IMG/VR virus record: IMGVR_UViG_3300045988_161245 | Location: 128,001-192,000 of that record | Direction: 5' to 3' (one strand) | DNA from: a virus | DNA: 64,000 bases | Shown here: positions 10,401-20,300 of the stretch, in pieces | Numbering within the stretch: the first letter of the stretch is position 1 | Layout of the letters: each line of letters begins with the position of its first letter | Translations under genes and position numbers: made by a program | The notes under the pieces: generated by a model | Database searches by the model: none | What the model was told of the DNA's origin: nothing | What the model saw: the letters and a program-made list of their open reading frames with translations, nothing else

Positions 10401-13400
10401 GCTAGAGATTCTGATGATATGATTGATAGATATAATCGAAATCAGATTTATAACGAAAACAATGCTCTTACACCGGATTCGGTTGCAAAAGCATGTCCAG
10501 ACTTAAGAGTTATTAAGATTGAAGCACCACATTTTACAAATGATAAGAAGGATTTTGTGCTAAATACTTCCATGGAATGTGTTTATGTAAATGGCGATCC
10601 AAAATTTGATAACTGGAAATTTACTAACGCCTGTCACGCTGGACAGGGCACTACCTCTAATGAATATGGTTTTGCAGCAAGAAACATTGATGTTATTTGC
10701 TGTTTTGATGGAATTCATAAGGTAAATAGTAAAATTGATCTTGATCCAAATTATAAAACAAAACTTGTTCTTGGCGATGGAACCGAATATACAGAGGGTG
10801 ATGGTAAGATATCTCTTACTCGAAACTCCGTTCCTAATAACTGGCTGAATTTTAAAGTAAATGTGGCTTCTTCTGAAATGGCAAATAACGCACTTCTTCA
10901 GAAAAGATATAATGATTATCTGCCATATTCTACTCCTGCATCTCGTAGGGATAAAAAGATTAAAAACTCAATGGAGTTTGTAAACTGTATTATTTTTGTA
11001 AAAGAGAGTGATCCGGATATTTCTACTCATAGAGAGTTTAATGATACAGAATGGCACTTCTACTCTCTTGCCAATATGGGTGATTCAAAAAAAACTGATG
11101 TAACAAGAGCTTATGATCCAGATGATATGAACGAATGCTGTATTGAAATTAGCGATAATACACTTCCAAACTCTGTATTCCAAACCGGTGTAACAAATTC
11201 AGATGGTTCAATGAAATATCCTATTTCTAAAGATGAATGGAAAGCTGGTAATACAGCATACGACAATCTTTATAATAACTGGGATGGATCATTTGAATTT
11301 AGATATGACTGTTGTGGAGATTCAAAGGATGGTTCTGCGATTTCTAGTGATGAAGCAAAAGAAAAGATTCGTAAACAAAATAAACAAAATTGGAGAGACT
11401 TCTATGAATTTGTAATTACATCTTCTAATGAAGATTTTGTAGCTCATTTAGGCGATTGGTGCATTGTCAATTCGGTGTTGTATTTATACCTCTTCACACT
11501 TAGATATACAATGATTGACAATCGTTCAAAAAATGTATTCCCACATTGGGCAAAACATTATATTAGCAATGAAGAAGCTTCTACCCTTGGTGATAAAGCT
11601 AAGTATTACACTATAGATGATACGGCAGCTGCCATCCACAATGGATATAGATATGACTTGTGGGATTACGACAACGACACAGGACTTGGAATTAATAACA
11701 GCGGTGAGCTTACTATGTCTTACGGTAAAGAAGATACCGATTACAAAACAGATGGTGATCCAAGCTCTGGATACATCTTTAACGCTGCAGAATCTGTATT
11801 ATGGTGTAGAATTCGTGATTTAATGCCGAAGCAACTTGCATCCTTATATCAGTCTGTAGATTCAAACTGTTGGAGTGATACTCATCTCATTAATGAGTTC
11901 GATGCTTGGCAGAATCAATTTCCAGAGGAATTATGGAGACTTCATTACGAAAGATTATATATTCGTACATATCAAGGTGTTATCTTTCCAGGAAAAACTG
12001 AAGTAACAAAGTCAGACAGATTCCTTAAAGAAATGATGAACGGACGTAAAAAATATCAGCGTAGACAGTGGGAACGTGATCAACATGCGTATATGGGAAC
12101 AAAATTCCTTCACACTGATATTAAGTCTGACCAGATTATGTTCCGTTGTAATACTCCTAAAACAGCTGTTGTAAAACCAGATTATACATTAAGAATTGTT
12201 CCATACTCAGACATGTATATTTCTGTACTTTACGGTAATTCACCGGAAACAACTCAGATTCGTGCAAAAGCTGGACAGGAATATGAAATTACAACTAACT
12301 TAATTAATATGGATGATACTGCTATCCTTATTTATTGTGCGTCAAGGATTCAGGCATTGAATGATTTATCTGCTTGTTATATCCACGATAATGACTTCTC
12401 TAAGGCATCAAAGCTTAAAACTCTTATCATTGGCAACGAAACAAGTGGCTATCAGAATACGTTCTTAACCACTCTTAATATGGGTAACAATACACTTCTT
12501 GAAACTCTTAATATTAAGAATTGTCCAAACTTAACAGGATCTGTAAATCTTTCTGCATGTGAGAATCTTATTAATCTTTACGCACAGAATACTGCTATTA
12601 CTTCTTTCCTGCTTGCTAATCACGGTAAGATTAAGAATGCATATTTACCTGCAACAATTAATACTCTTACGTTTAAAAATCTGAAAGACCTTACAAATCT
12701 TAATGTAGCATCTTATGATAATCTGCAGACATTTGTTTGCCAGAATTCTATTGTGGATGCACTTGAAATTATAAAAACTGCTATTTCAACACTTAAGACC
12801 GTAAGTATCACAGGTATTGACTGGAATCTTGAGAACACCGATCTCTTAAAGAAATTAGCTAAACTTGGTGGTATTGACGAAAATGGTATTACCATTGACC
12901 AGTCTGTATTAACAGGAACTATTCACATTCCAGTTATGCGTCAACAGGAGTATAAAGACTTTGTTGGAACTGATGACGAGCCAGGTATCTGGACAAATCT
13001 TACAATCACATACGATTCTATGATTGCACAGTTTAAAGTTTCATTCTTAAATGACGATTCAAACAAAACTGTGTTAGATATTCAGTATGTTGACAAAGGC
13101 TCATGCGCTGTAGATCCTACAACTCGTCAGGATGATCCTATAGCTATACCTATAAAACAAAGTACCATTGAAAATGATTTTACATTTAAGGGTTGGGACA
13201 CTATTCTCTCAGATAAAATCTTTGCGGATAGAGTTATCAATGCAGTTTATACAAGTACAATCAGAAATTATACCGTAAAGTATAACTCTAAAGGTTTAAC
13301 CTTACAGGAAACTGTAGCCCCATATGGAACTTATGTTAAATACGAGGGTGATACTCCTGTATACACAGCCGAGGAAGCTGCCTATAAATACAATTTATTT

Positions 13401-14708
13401 AAAGGATGGGACCAGTCCGGATATGTAAACGGTGATAAAACTGTAAACGCAGTGTTTGACACCTGTGAATATGTAGACGGATACTTCAATGATAAAGATC
13501 TCAAAGACCTGTCTCAGGTTGAGTTATATGCAATGATGAAAATGGGACTTGAGCAGAAAGTTCTGTCACTGAAAGACTCATTTGATTTTACACTTGGAGT
13601 TGACTTCCATTACAACGATATTGAGGAAGAAGAATTAATCTCTTCCACAACAGTATTTGACGGAACAAACCATATTGATACTGGAATCTCTATTATGGAT
13701 AAGGATAAGGATTTCACATTTGCGATTGACTTTGAATTTGATAACGAGAACGCAACAGGTGCTACTCTGGCACAATGCTTCCAGGGAGATGGTTCTAACG
13801 GATTCCGCTTATGGTATAGCCAGAGTTACAAATTATCATGGGGAACTGATAGTGCGAATGCATCAAGCTCCGGTGGACGTGAAATTATTGTAATTCGTCA
13901 TAAGGCAGGAAGTCAAAAGCTCTATGTATACAATTCTAATATGTCTGGAAATGCAATCTCTACTGCTACTCTTCAGGCAATCCGTATTCCCGAAATCACA
14001 TCAACTCTTGTTTTTGGATGCTCAAAGGCAGATGATGGTGCTTATGAAAACTATGCAAAAGGCAAGATCCACTGGTGCAAACTGTGGTATTCAGACCTTG
14101 GTGAAGAACAATGTTCTGACATTGCAGCATGGATTCATGAAACAATTCCAATGGAAGTAGCTAAATTTAAAGCATACTACTTATCAGATGTCGCTTCTAA
14201 GAGAGCAAATGTAACATTTATTGCTTCAAATCTTCTTGGTTCTAAGAAAGCTTATAGTAACAAGTCTACAAATACCGGTGGATGGGCAGAATCTACGCTT
14301 AATACGTGGATGAACACTCGTATAACGAAAGCTATACCACCACTCTGGAAAGCACTGATTAAGCCTGTTAAAGTTAGTTCTTCTACTGGAAATAAATCGA
14401 ATACAATATCAACATCTAATTGTCGTTTTTATGTACCAGCACTATATGACATTGATGCTTCTGCAGGAAGTGATCCGTATAGTTCTGAAACAAATGCAAC
14501 AATTCAATATTATGTTGATAACGATTCAAGAAAGAAGGCAAGAACTTCAAGTCCAGATGTTTATGAGTCTTACTGGACTAGATCACCAAATGCTCAGGTA
14601 TCTAACTGGGTTTACTCTGTAAGTGAGCAGGGTGATACATATGGATATTCTTATCCTGGACAGGAAAATGGAGTTCTTCTTATGTTTAGCATAACTTGTG
14701 AGGGGTAG
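7437..14708 (+). CDS. giant (2423 aa) multi-domain tail / host-recognition protein
   Basis: GGAGGGAG RBS. The N-terminal region is BppU/DUF2479-like (GDVRFEIMATG). It is followed by a coiled coil (about aa 200-450) and Ig-like repeats. Two LamG/ConA-like segments end in DVLIYRMKAYSAALTDSDV and GKIHWCKLWY. A CotH-like signature is present (DNRSKNVF ... YRYDLWDYDNDTGLG). An LRR block lies at about nt 12350-12900 (LETLNIKNCPNLTGSVNLSACENLINLYAQNTAITSF). Two Listeria-Bacteroides (InlB B-repeat) units are present (FTFKGWDT, NLFKGWDQSG). The C-terminal region contains YWTRSP (DUF6273-like). Confidence 0.75.
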   Translation: MSFKDSKAQILANSASDDSDISTIKADLATTAVVDDGYVLCTDGRYVIYDEYYDNSYSTVDKLKNVTVDSSQINIVQETNSQYIPFRIPRYWDGIDLMKMLIQIRYENVSTKKGQVSTAVNVASSTTNITFGWLVDQNVTAIAGDVRFEIMATGTNEKGNTYVWRTRPNGRLTVLEGLNYDGIIEPSKDWYTGFVATIMGHVDEAKKYADQAKASAESVDVNTIKADVKKSVTVDVNANLAENYYNKTEIDTKVKTLNDAISNIDSLKNLKVEYDNTTGRLVFKDGTVILTTITINSLSNLNVTYAVEGGKGKLTFKNGETEIQSVELSSIEPSAQWTAALKEEINTGVDTKISPVSEKVNAVESSVTDLSKKVETNTSDITALKTKTTELEKADEVIRSTASEAKNTADILKQNIADYDSQFNTINGDITNIQSDIDEIKKNPAASEYDVDYVGSTFSWMKNGEVLKTFTIQSGGGGGSDTSTITIERVTPADAIFLLGDKAEIEYTFSSVDNTGDTTGDGTAIWKVGNTIVSTTTASQGTNKVDLTEYLSVGSNQIRVSITDSFGTMSYKTWTVTIVEFKLESTFDDTLIYTDTDVVFRYTPYGNVNKTIHFILDGQELESVTTQASGRIISYNIPKQEHGAHFLKVYMTATVNNKDITSSTIYKDIVCVDPANRTPIIGCSQQEFTAKQYQATSIKYVVYDPAHNPATVKLSIDGKTVSTLTVDRTAQIWSFKSSEIGQKNLTISCQKITKILTAHIEKLDIDVNPITANLAFDFNPVGLSNGDENRLWSDKNHPEVALTVSDNFDWTNGGYQIDDEGNQYFCVKASTTASISYNLFAKDPKQTGAEFKIIFKTKNVRNASATFLSCLDGLADSNIGLEMKVHEANIYTSTDDLYFPYSEEDIIEYEYNINSIDTKNTTATSIIMTYEDGVGGRPIIYDNSHRLHQYTPAPISIGSPDCDVLIYRMKAYSAALTDSDVLSNFIADARDSDDMIDRYNRNQIYNENNALTPDSVAKACPDLRVIKIEAPHFTNDKKDFVLNTSMECVYVNGDPKFDNWKFTNACHAGQGTTSNEYGFAARNIDVICCFDGIHKVNSKIDLDPNYKTKLVLGDGTEYTEGDGKISLTRNSVPNNWLNFKVNVASSEMANNALLQKRYNDYLPYSTPASRRDKKIKNSMEFVNCIIFVKESDPDISTHREFNDTEWHFYSLANMGDSKKTDVTRAYDPDDMNECCIEISDNTLPNSVFQTGVTNSDGSMKYPISKDEWKAGNTAYDNLYNNWDGSFEFRYDCCGDSKDGSAISSDEAKEKIRKQNKQNWRDFYEFVITSSNEDFVAHLGDWCIVNSVLYLYLFTLRYTMIDNRSKNVFPHWAKHYISNEEASTLGDKAKYYTIDDTAAAIHNGYRYDLWDYDNDTGLGINNSGELTMSYGKEDTDYKTDGDPSSGYIFNAAESVLWCRIRDLMPKQLASLYQSVDSNCWSDTHLINEFDAWQNQFPEELWRLHYERLYIRTYQGVIFPGKTEVTKSDRFLKEMMNGRKKYQRRQWERDQHAYMGTKFLHTDIKSDQIMFRCNTPKTAVVKPDYTLRIVPYSDMYISVLYGNSPETTQIRAKAGQEYEITTNLINMDDTAILIYCASRIQALNDLSACYIHDNDFSKASKLKTLIIGNETSGYQNTFLTTLNMGNNTLLETLNIKNCPNLTGSVNLSACENLINLYAQNTAITSFLLANHGKIKNAYLPATINTLTFKNLKDLTNLNVASYDNLQTFVCQNSIVDALEIIKTAISTLKTVSITGIDWNLENTDLLKKLAKLGGIDENGITIDQSVLTGTIHIPVMRQQEYKDFVGTDDEPGIWTNLTITYDSMIAQFKVSFLNDDSNKTVLDIQYVDKGSCAVDPTTRQDDPIAIPIKQSTIENDFTFKGWDTILSDKIFADRVINAVYTSTIRNYTVKYNSKGLTLQETVAPYGTYVKYEGDTPVYTAEEAAYKYNLFKGWDQSGYVNGDKTVNAVFDTCEYVDGYFNDKDLKDLSQVELYAMMKMGLEQKVLSLKDSFDFTLGVDFHYNDIEEEELISSTTVFDGTNHIDTGISIMDKDKDFTFAIDFEFDNENATGATLAQCFQGDGSNGFRLWYSQSYKLSWGTDSANASSSGGREIIVIRHKAGSQKLYVYNSNMSGNAISTATLQAIRIPEITSTLVFGCSKADDGAYENYAKGKIHWCKLWYSDLGEEQCSDIAAWIHETIPMEVAKFKAYYLSDVASKRANVTFIASNLLGSKKAYSNKSTNTGGWAESTLNTWMNTRITKAIPPLWKALIKPVKVSSSTGNKSNTISTSNCRFYVPALYDIDASAGSDPYSSETNATIQYYVDNDSRKKARTSSPDVYESYWTRSPNAQVSNWVYSVSEQGDTYGYSYPGQENGVLLMFSITCEG

Positions 14709-14748
14709 GACAATCTACCTCTCTTTTTAACGAAGGGAGCCAACTCAC

Positions 14749-15015
14749 ATGTATTACAAAGTAACTAATTCAATGACACAAGATATTGTGGATGTCATTA
14801 AGAAAATTCACTATATACAGTACCAAGAGAAACATAAAATACTGATTTTATGTGACATCAAAATTGCACAGGCTATATTGTCTTCTGACGGTAAAAAAGG
14901 CTGGCATATTGAAGGGCTGTATAATTTCCCACTTGATAACACAATATACGAAATTGATCCTATTTCACGATTAGAATACGAAGAAATAGACGCAAAATTA
15001 CACGAGGTAGATTAA
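14749..15015 (+). CDS. hypothetical protein
   Basis: GAAGGGAG RBS, compact spacing with neighbouring genes. Confidence 0.55.
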   Translation: MYYKVTNSMTQDIVDVIKKIHYIQYQEKHKILILCDIKIAQAILSSDGKKGWHIEGLYNFPLDNTIYEIDPISRLEYEEIDAKLHEVD

Positions 15016-15016
15016 C

Positions 15017-15871
15017 ATGGCAAAATTACCAGTATTTTTTACTGCCTCAACAAAAGCGATTGCTGAAAAAGCAATTCAGCGAGGTATCTTAAAATATCCA
15101 GGGCTTTGCTATATAGAAGACGGAAATGTAATTGCATGGATGACTGAAGATAATGAGATCAGATATACAAAAGGTGATAAACAAATTACTGACGTAAGAT
15201 TTTCTGGATCAAATCTTCAGTTTTTTAATGAAAAGAAATTACTCTTCTCTTATGATCTATCCATGACAGACGAGGACAAGGACCATATTGTTGATGAAGT
15301 AAAACGACAAATCGGGCTTGATAGTTATATAAAATCCTCAGAGCTATCTACTATATTAGATAATATTATTGGAAATCTCGAAGATAAGCAAACTGTTGTA
15401 GATTATATTAACAGTCTGTCTTATAGAAAGCTCACAGATAAACCAATTGAATATTTGATCGGATCTCTTACAGTACCGGTCACAATTTCGACTCTTGATG
15501 ATGGAATTTATAAAATCAAGGGTCAATTTATTATTGGTGGTAATAGCACCACCGTTCACTCTTCTGCAGATGAAGTGTTCTTTTTAGTTTCACATGATGA
15601 AGATACTCACGGCACATCTATTACTCAATTCCAAGGCAATTCTATACTTCTCTACTTTATCCAACAAGATGGTGATTACGTAACGGACAAATATGTAACT
15701 GAAAAATGGGTAAATGATCAGAATTTTATGTCTGCGGATTCTGCAAAACAATTCATTCAGGAACAGCTTGAGCTGACTGTGTCAGAGCTTGTGGATAAAA
15801 AGATAGATGAAGCTTTAGATAAAAAAATCGGTGGGCTTGAATCCACTGATATTGCAAACATATTTAACTAA
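15017..15871 (+). CDS. hypothetical structural-module protein
   Basis: The start lies 2 nt after the preceding stop. Composition is coding-like. No motif recognised. Confidence 0.6.
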   Translation: MAKLPVFFTASTKAIAEKAIQRGILKYPGLCYIEDGNVIAWMTEDNEIRYTKGDKQITDVRFSGSNLQFFNEKKLLFSYDLSMTDEDKDHIVDEVKRQIGLDSYIKSSELSTILDNIIGNLEDKQTVVDYINSLSYRKLTDKPIEYLIGSLTVPVTISTLDDGIYKIKGQFIIGGNSTTVHSSADEVFFLVSHDEDTHGTSITQFQGNSILLYFIQQDGDYVTDKYVTEKWVNDQNFMSADSAKQFIQEQLELTVSELVDKKIDEALDKKIGGLESTDIANIFN

Positions 15872-15894
15872 ATTTCCAAGGAGGAACAAATATA

Positions 15895-16971
15895 ATGGCT
15901 AAATTACAATTTACGACTATTGACAATCTTCGTGAGTTTTTAACTCTTCATAATGTACAGATTGACAAAAAAATTTCCGATGCTGTAGTAAACTCCATTA
16001 AAACTGTATCCCAGTCTGAGGATGGATACACAATTTACTTTTATACTAAAACTGCACCAGTAACAATCGAAGATGCCGTATTTACACTGAGTCTTCCACA
16101 GCCACTGACAAAAATAGATAAAGTTAAGAACGCAGTAGAGGGTAATATTCCAAGTCTTAGCAAAGATGGTAATTTGGTAGATTCCGGAAAATCTGTTACA
16201 GACTTTGATGCTGCTGGTGCTGCAGATACTGCAAAAGCAGAGGTGTTAGGTGTAGTTGGTACTATTCCAGCCGATGCAACAGCTAAGAACGTAGTTGACT
16301 ACATTAAAGAAGTTGTTACTGCCGGTGCTTACGATGACAAGCAGATTAAAGCAGACATCGCAGCAAACAAAGGAGCTATTGATACCCTGAACGGAACAGG
16401 CGATGGTTCTGTAAAGAAAGCCGTTTCCGATGCTGTAGCTAAAATCGTAGCAGAGGCTCCAGAAGCTTATGATACTCTGAAAGAAATTTCTGATTGGATC
16501 ACAAATCATACATCAGATGCTGCTACAATGAACAGCCAGATTAATACAAACAAAACAGATATTGCTAATCTGAAAACTTTGATTGGTACCTTACCTGACA
16601 CAGCAACCTCTAAAGATATTGTAAGCTACATTGCTGAGTACGTATCTAAAGCTCTTGCTGATTCTGATCTCTCTCAGTATGCAACAGCTGAGGCTCTGAA
16701 AGCTTGCGTAGGTAGAGTAGATGCTATTGAGAAGAAAATTCCTACTCTTGAAGCAGCCGACACAGCTAATACAGAAGCCATTAATGGTGTTAAGACTAGA
16801 GTTGAAACCGTAGAAGGCAAAGTCAAAGCTATTGAAGATGATCTTGCAGTTGAGAAACCAAAGATTGCAAAAAATGCAACTGATATTGCAGCCTTACAAG
16901 GACTTGTTGGTGATGGTTATGAAGCTATTCCATCTGAAAAGATTCAGGCTCTTTTTAAAGTAACTGAGTAA
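15895..16971 (+). CDS. Ala/Lys/Asp-rich coiled-coil structural protein with an internal duplication
   Basis: AAGGAGG RBS. Internal repeat TIPADATAKNVVDYIKEVV / TLPDTATSKDIVSYIAEYV. Followed by a strong terminator. Confidence 0.65.
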   Translation: MAKLQFTTIDNLREFLTLHNVQIDKKISDAVVNSIKTVSQSEDGYTIYFYTKTAPVTIEDAVFTLSLPQPLTKIDKVKNAVEGNIPSLSKDGNLVDSGKSVTDFDAAGAADTAKAEVLGVVGTIPADATAKNVVDYIKEVVTAGAYDDKQIKADIAANKGAIDTLNGTGDGSVKKAVSDAVAKIVAEAPEAYDTLKEISDWITNHTSDAATMNSQINTNKTDIANLKTLIGTLPDTATSKDIVSYIAEYVSKALADSDLSQYATAEALKACVGRVDAIEKKIPTLEAADTANTEAINGVKTRVETVEGKVKAIEDDLAVEKPKIAKNATDIAALQGLVGDGYEAIPSEKIQALFKVTE

Positions 16972-16981
16972 TTATTATAAA

Positions 16982-17006
16982 GGAGGGGAATTTCCCCTCC
17001 GTTTTT
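16982..17006 (+). terminator. rho-independent terminator
   Basis: GGAGGGGAA / TTCCCCTCC perfect stem followed by GTTTTT. Confidence 0.85.
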
Positions 17007-17017
17007 GAAAGGGCATA

Positions 17018-17313
17018 ATGGACATGAAAACACAATTTCTTGATTATAGCGGATTAGGGGAGGCCGTAAATTTAATAAAAAATGTATTGCCGACCATAAA
17101 GAAATTCTTCCTTATGCTTCTTTAGGATCGTTCCCCTCACAAGGTATTATAGACGGAATCTATATAGATACAGCTACAAATTCAATTGACCGTGGTATGC
17201 CTGTTGAAGAAATAAAGGAAATATTAGGTCACGTAAAATTAGACACTACTCTCATTTATGCAAAAGTAAGTAAGGAAAATATTAAACACGATCACAGAAA
17301 ATATATAATATAA
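17018..17313 (+). pseudogene. chimeric remnant: frameshifted N-terminus of a tail-fibre paralogue fused to the C-terminal about 45 aa of a tyrosine recombinase
   Basis: MDMKTQFLDYSGLGEAVNLIKN, then a 1-nt frameshift in an A-run, then CIADHKEILPYASLGSFPSQGIIDGIYIDTATNSI. This aligns at about 50% identity with MKEQFLNLSGLTELVTYIKLCIAQHKMIIPRASFSLFPKTGDENNIYIDTSTNSI of the downstream fibre. From nt about 17186 the same frame continues as DRGMPVEEIKEILGHVKLDTTLIYAKVSKENIKHDHRKYII*, which is the LGHxxxxTTxxY box II / catalytic Tyr region of integrases. Confidence 0.75.
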
Positions 17314-17348
17314 AAACATAAACACTTATGAAAGGGGTGATTAAAAAT

Positions 17349-20300
17349 ATGAAAGAGCAATTTCTTAATTTATCTGGATTGACAGAGCTTGTAACATATA
17401 TAAAATTATGTATTGCACAACACAAGATGATAATCCCAAGAGCCTCTTTCAGCTTGTTTCCTAAAACTGGGGACGAAAATAATATTTACATTGATACATC
17501 AACTAATTCAATCTATAGGTGGAATGATTCCGATAAATCGTTTGTTTTATTAGCCAAACCACCACGGAATATAAGCATATCTGAGGGTAAAAATAATGGT
17601 CAAATTACATTAAAAGTGGATGAAATTGAATCAAATGCTACTGTGCATGGTTTGAAGAGTGCAGCCTTTTCTAATGCTTCTTCTTTTGCCACATCTGCGC
17701 AGGGAGCTAAGGCAGATTCAGCAATTCAATCTATTACAATCGCCCCTGGTACAAATAATGGTACGGTAAAAATAACCGTAAATGGTGTGACAACGGATAA
17801 TATTAAAGTCGCAGGTCTTGGATCTGCGGCTTTTTCAGATATAGCGGTATTTGCACCGGCAAAGCATACTCACAGTAAAAGTGATGTTGGACTTGGAAAC
17901 GTAGATAATACCGCAGATATAGATAAAAGTGTTAAGTACGCAGGATCTTCTGGAAGTTCTAATACTGTTGTTTATACTGCTCTTACCAACACAGATTTGA
18001 ATACATTACAGACTGAAGGTAAATGGTATTATGCAGGTGGAGGTAACACTTGTACAAACGTTCCTGTTGAATCTGCTGCGTTTGAATTATATGTAGGTCG
18101 TAATGCAAGTGTATGGCGTTATCAACAATTTACTGTGACGAGTGGAGAAATTTATATTCGTGTATTTGATTCTAGTAATTGGGGTAATTGGAGAAAACTT
18201 GCATTTACAAGCGATACTGTTACTGCTGCATCATCTGTTCCTTGGAGCGGTATCACAGGAAAACCAAGTACATATACACCAAGCAGTCATACACATACTG
18301 TATCACAAATAAGTGATTTTAGTACACATGTTTATGATGCTACAATTTCACGTACTGCAAATACAGTATTAGCGGCTCCAAATGGGAAAGCTGGTTCTGC
18401 TTCTTTTCGAGCATTAGTTGCTGCTGATATTCCTAGTATTACCAAAAGTAAGATCACCGACTTCCCATCCAGTCTTCCAGCATCAGACGTTTATGCATGG
18501 GCTAAAGCTTCATCCAAGCCAAGTTATTCATGGGGAGAAATTACAGGTAAACCGAGCACATATACACCATCATCCCATAATCATACAGTAATTCAAGGTA
18601 CTAGTAGCACATCTGCAGTACCAGGGAAAGCAAATGATGGATTTTGTGAATTCTATTATAATGTAAATAATGGATTGGCAAATAATATGCCATCTAGTAA
18701 TAATGCTAATGCTATAATTAGTATTAGTAGACATGCCGGTGATTATACATCTCAGTTAGGATTTAGTTCTAATGGAAATCTATATTATCGTGAAGGTGTT
18801 GGAGCAACAGCTTGGAAAACTATACTTACCTCTAGCAACTACACTTCCTACACGGTTACCAAAACTGGTGGCGGAGCTTCTGGAACCTGGGGTATTAATA
18901 TTACAGGATCTGCAGGTTCTTGTACTGGTAACGCAGCTACTGCATCCAATGCATCTAAAGTTAATGGTCATACTGTAAATTCCGATGTTCCATCTGGTGC
19001 TAAATTTACAGATACTAACACATGGAGACCACTCGGTACAACAGCAGATACAGCTTGTGCAGGTAATGATAATAGATTGTCTAATGCTCGTCCTGCTTCA
19101 GATGTTTACAGTTGGGCTAAAGCAAGCTCAAAACCTTCATATAGTTGGAGTGAAATAACCAGTAAACCCTCTACTTTCACACCGGCTTCACATACACACG
19201 CATATATACCTTTATCTGGAGGCACAATTACAGGTAGTATAATACGTAGTAGTGGAGGAAGTTGGATATCAGCTAGAAATAATGTAGCAGTTCGTGGTAC
19301 TGCAACTACTAAAGATTCATGGAATCCTGTGGTTGGTCAAGCTACACCAAATGGATATTGGACAATTGGCAACTTAGTATCAAATGATAATTTAGCATTT
19401 AGCTATACTTCTAACACAAATTATAATGCCGGAAACAATTCGGCTACAACAGTGTATTTACCAGTGCAAGAAGGAACTATCATTACTTCTGCAACAATTG
19501 GATCTCAATCTGTAAAATATGCTACAAGCGCTGGTTCTGCCGGTTCCGTAGCATGGGGAAACGTAAGTGGTAAACCATCTAGTTATACTCCATCGTCACA
19601 TACACATGATGATCGTTACTATACAGAAACAGAAATAAATACGAAGTTAGGAGCAAAACTTGGTGCAGTATCAGCAAACGGTTACTATGGTATGGCAAGA
19701 CCAGATGGTAATACATCAGACTGGATACGTACTACAACAACTGGTATTATACCATATCAGTCTGGCGGAGCCGGTGGAGGTCATTGCGGACTTGGTACAA
19801 GTTTATGGTATTTTAGTAATGCATATATTGATACGGTTAACTGCGTTAATGCTTCGGTTAGTGGTCATATAGATGCAGCCGGATATATTCAAAGTAGTAA
19901 TTTAATAAATACTTATTTTGAATATCAATCTAATAGAGGAACTATAGATTGGCGATTTGGATCTGCAACAGCAACAGGCGATGAAAATTTCTTTGGTTTT
20001 TATGATGCAAAAACTGGGAAAATTCCATTAGCACTTGATGGTAATTTTGGAAATATTTATGTTGGTTTTAATGTAGGTGGACTAAATCAAAAAACTTCTG
20101 TAGGAGTTTATCTGGGCGCACAAGTATCTGGAAACAGAGCTTTTATTTACCACGGAGATTCATACGCTGGGTCAATTTGGATTCAAACCAGACTTGATGG
20201 TTCATGGAAATGGTTTAGTCTCGGAAGAGCATGTAGTACAGCTCTTTCTGATATTCGACTAAAAGGTAATATAAGAGACACCGAAGTAGAAGATGCCACA

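Noticed and set aside
7437-14708. Whether a diversity-generating retroelement or invertible cassette acts on the giant tail gene.
   Set aside because: The window contains no reverse transcriptase and no template/variable repeat pair. The only recombinase trace is the dead integrase fragment at 17186-17313.
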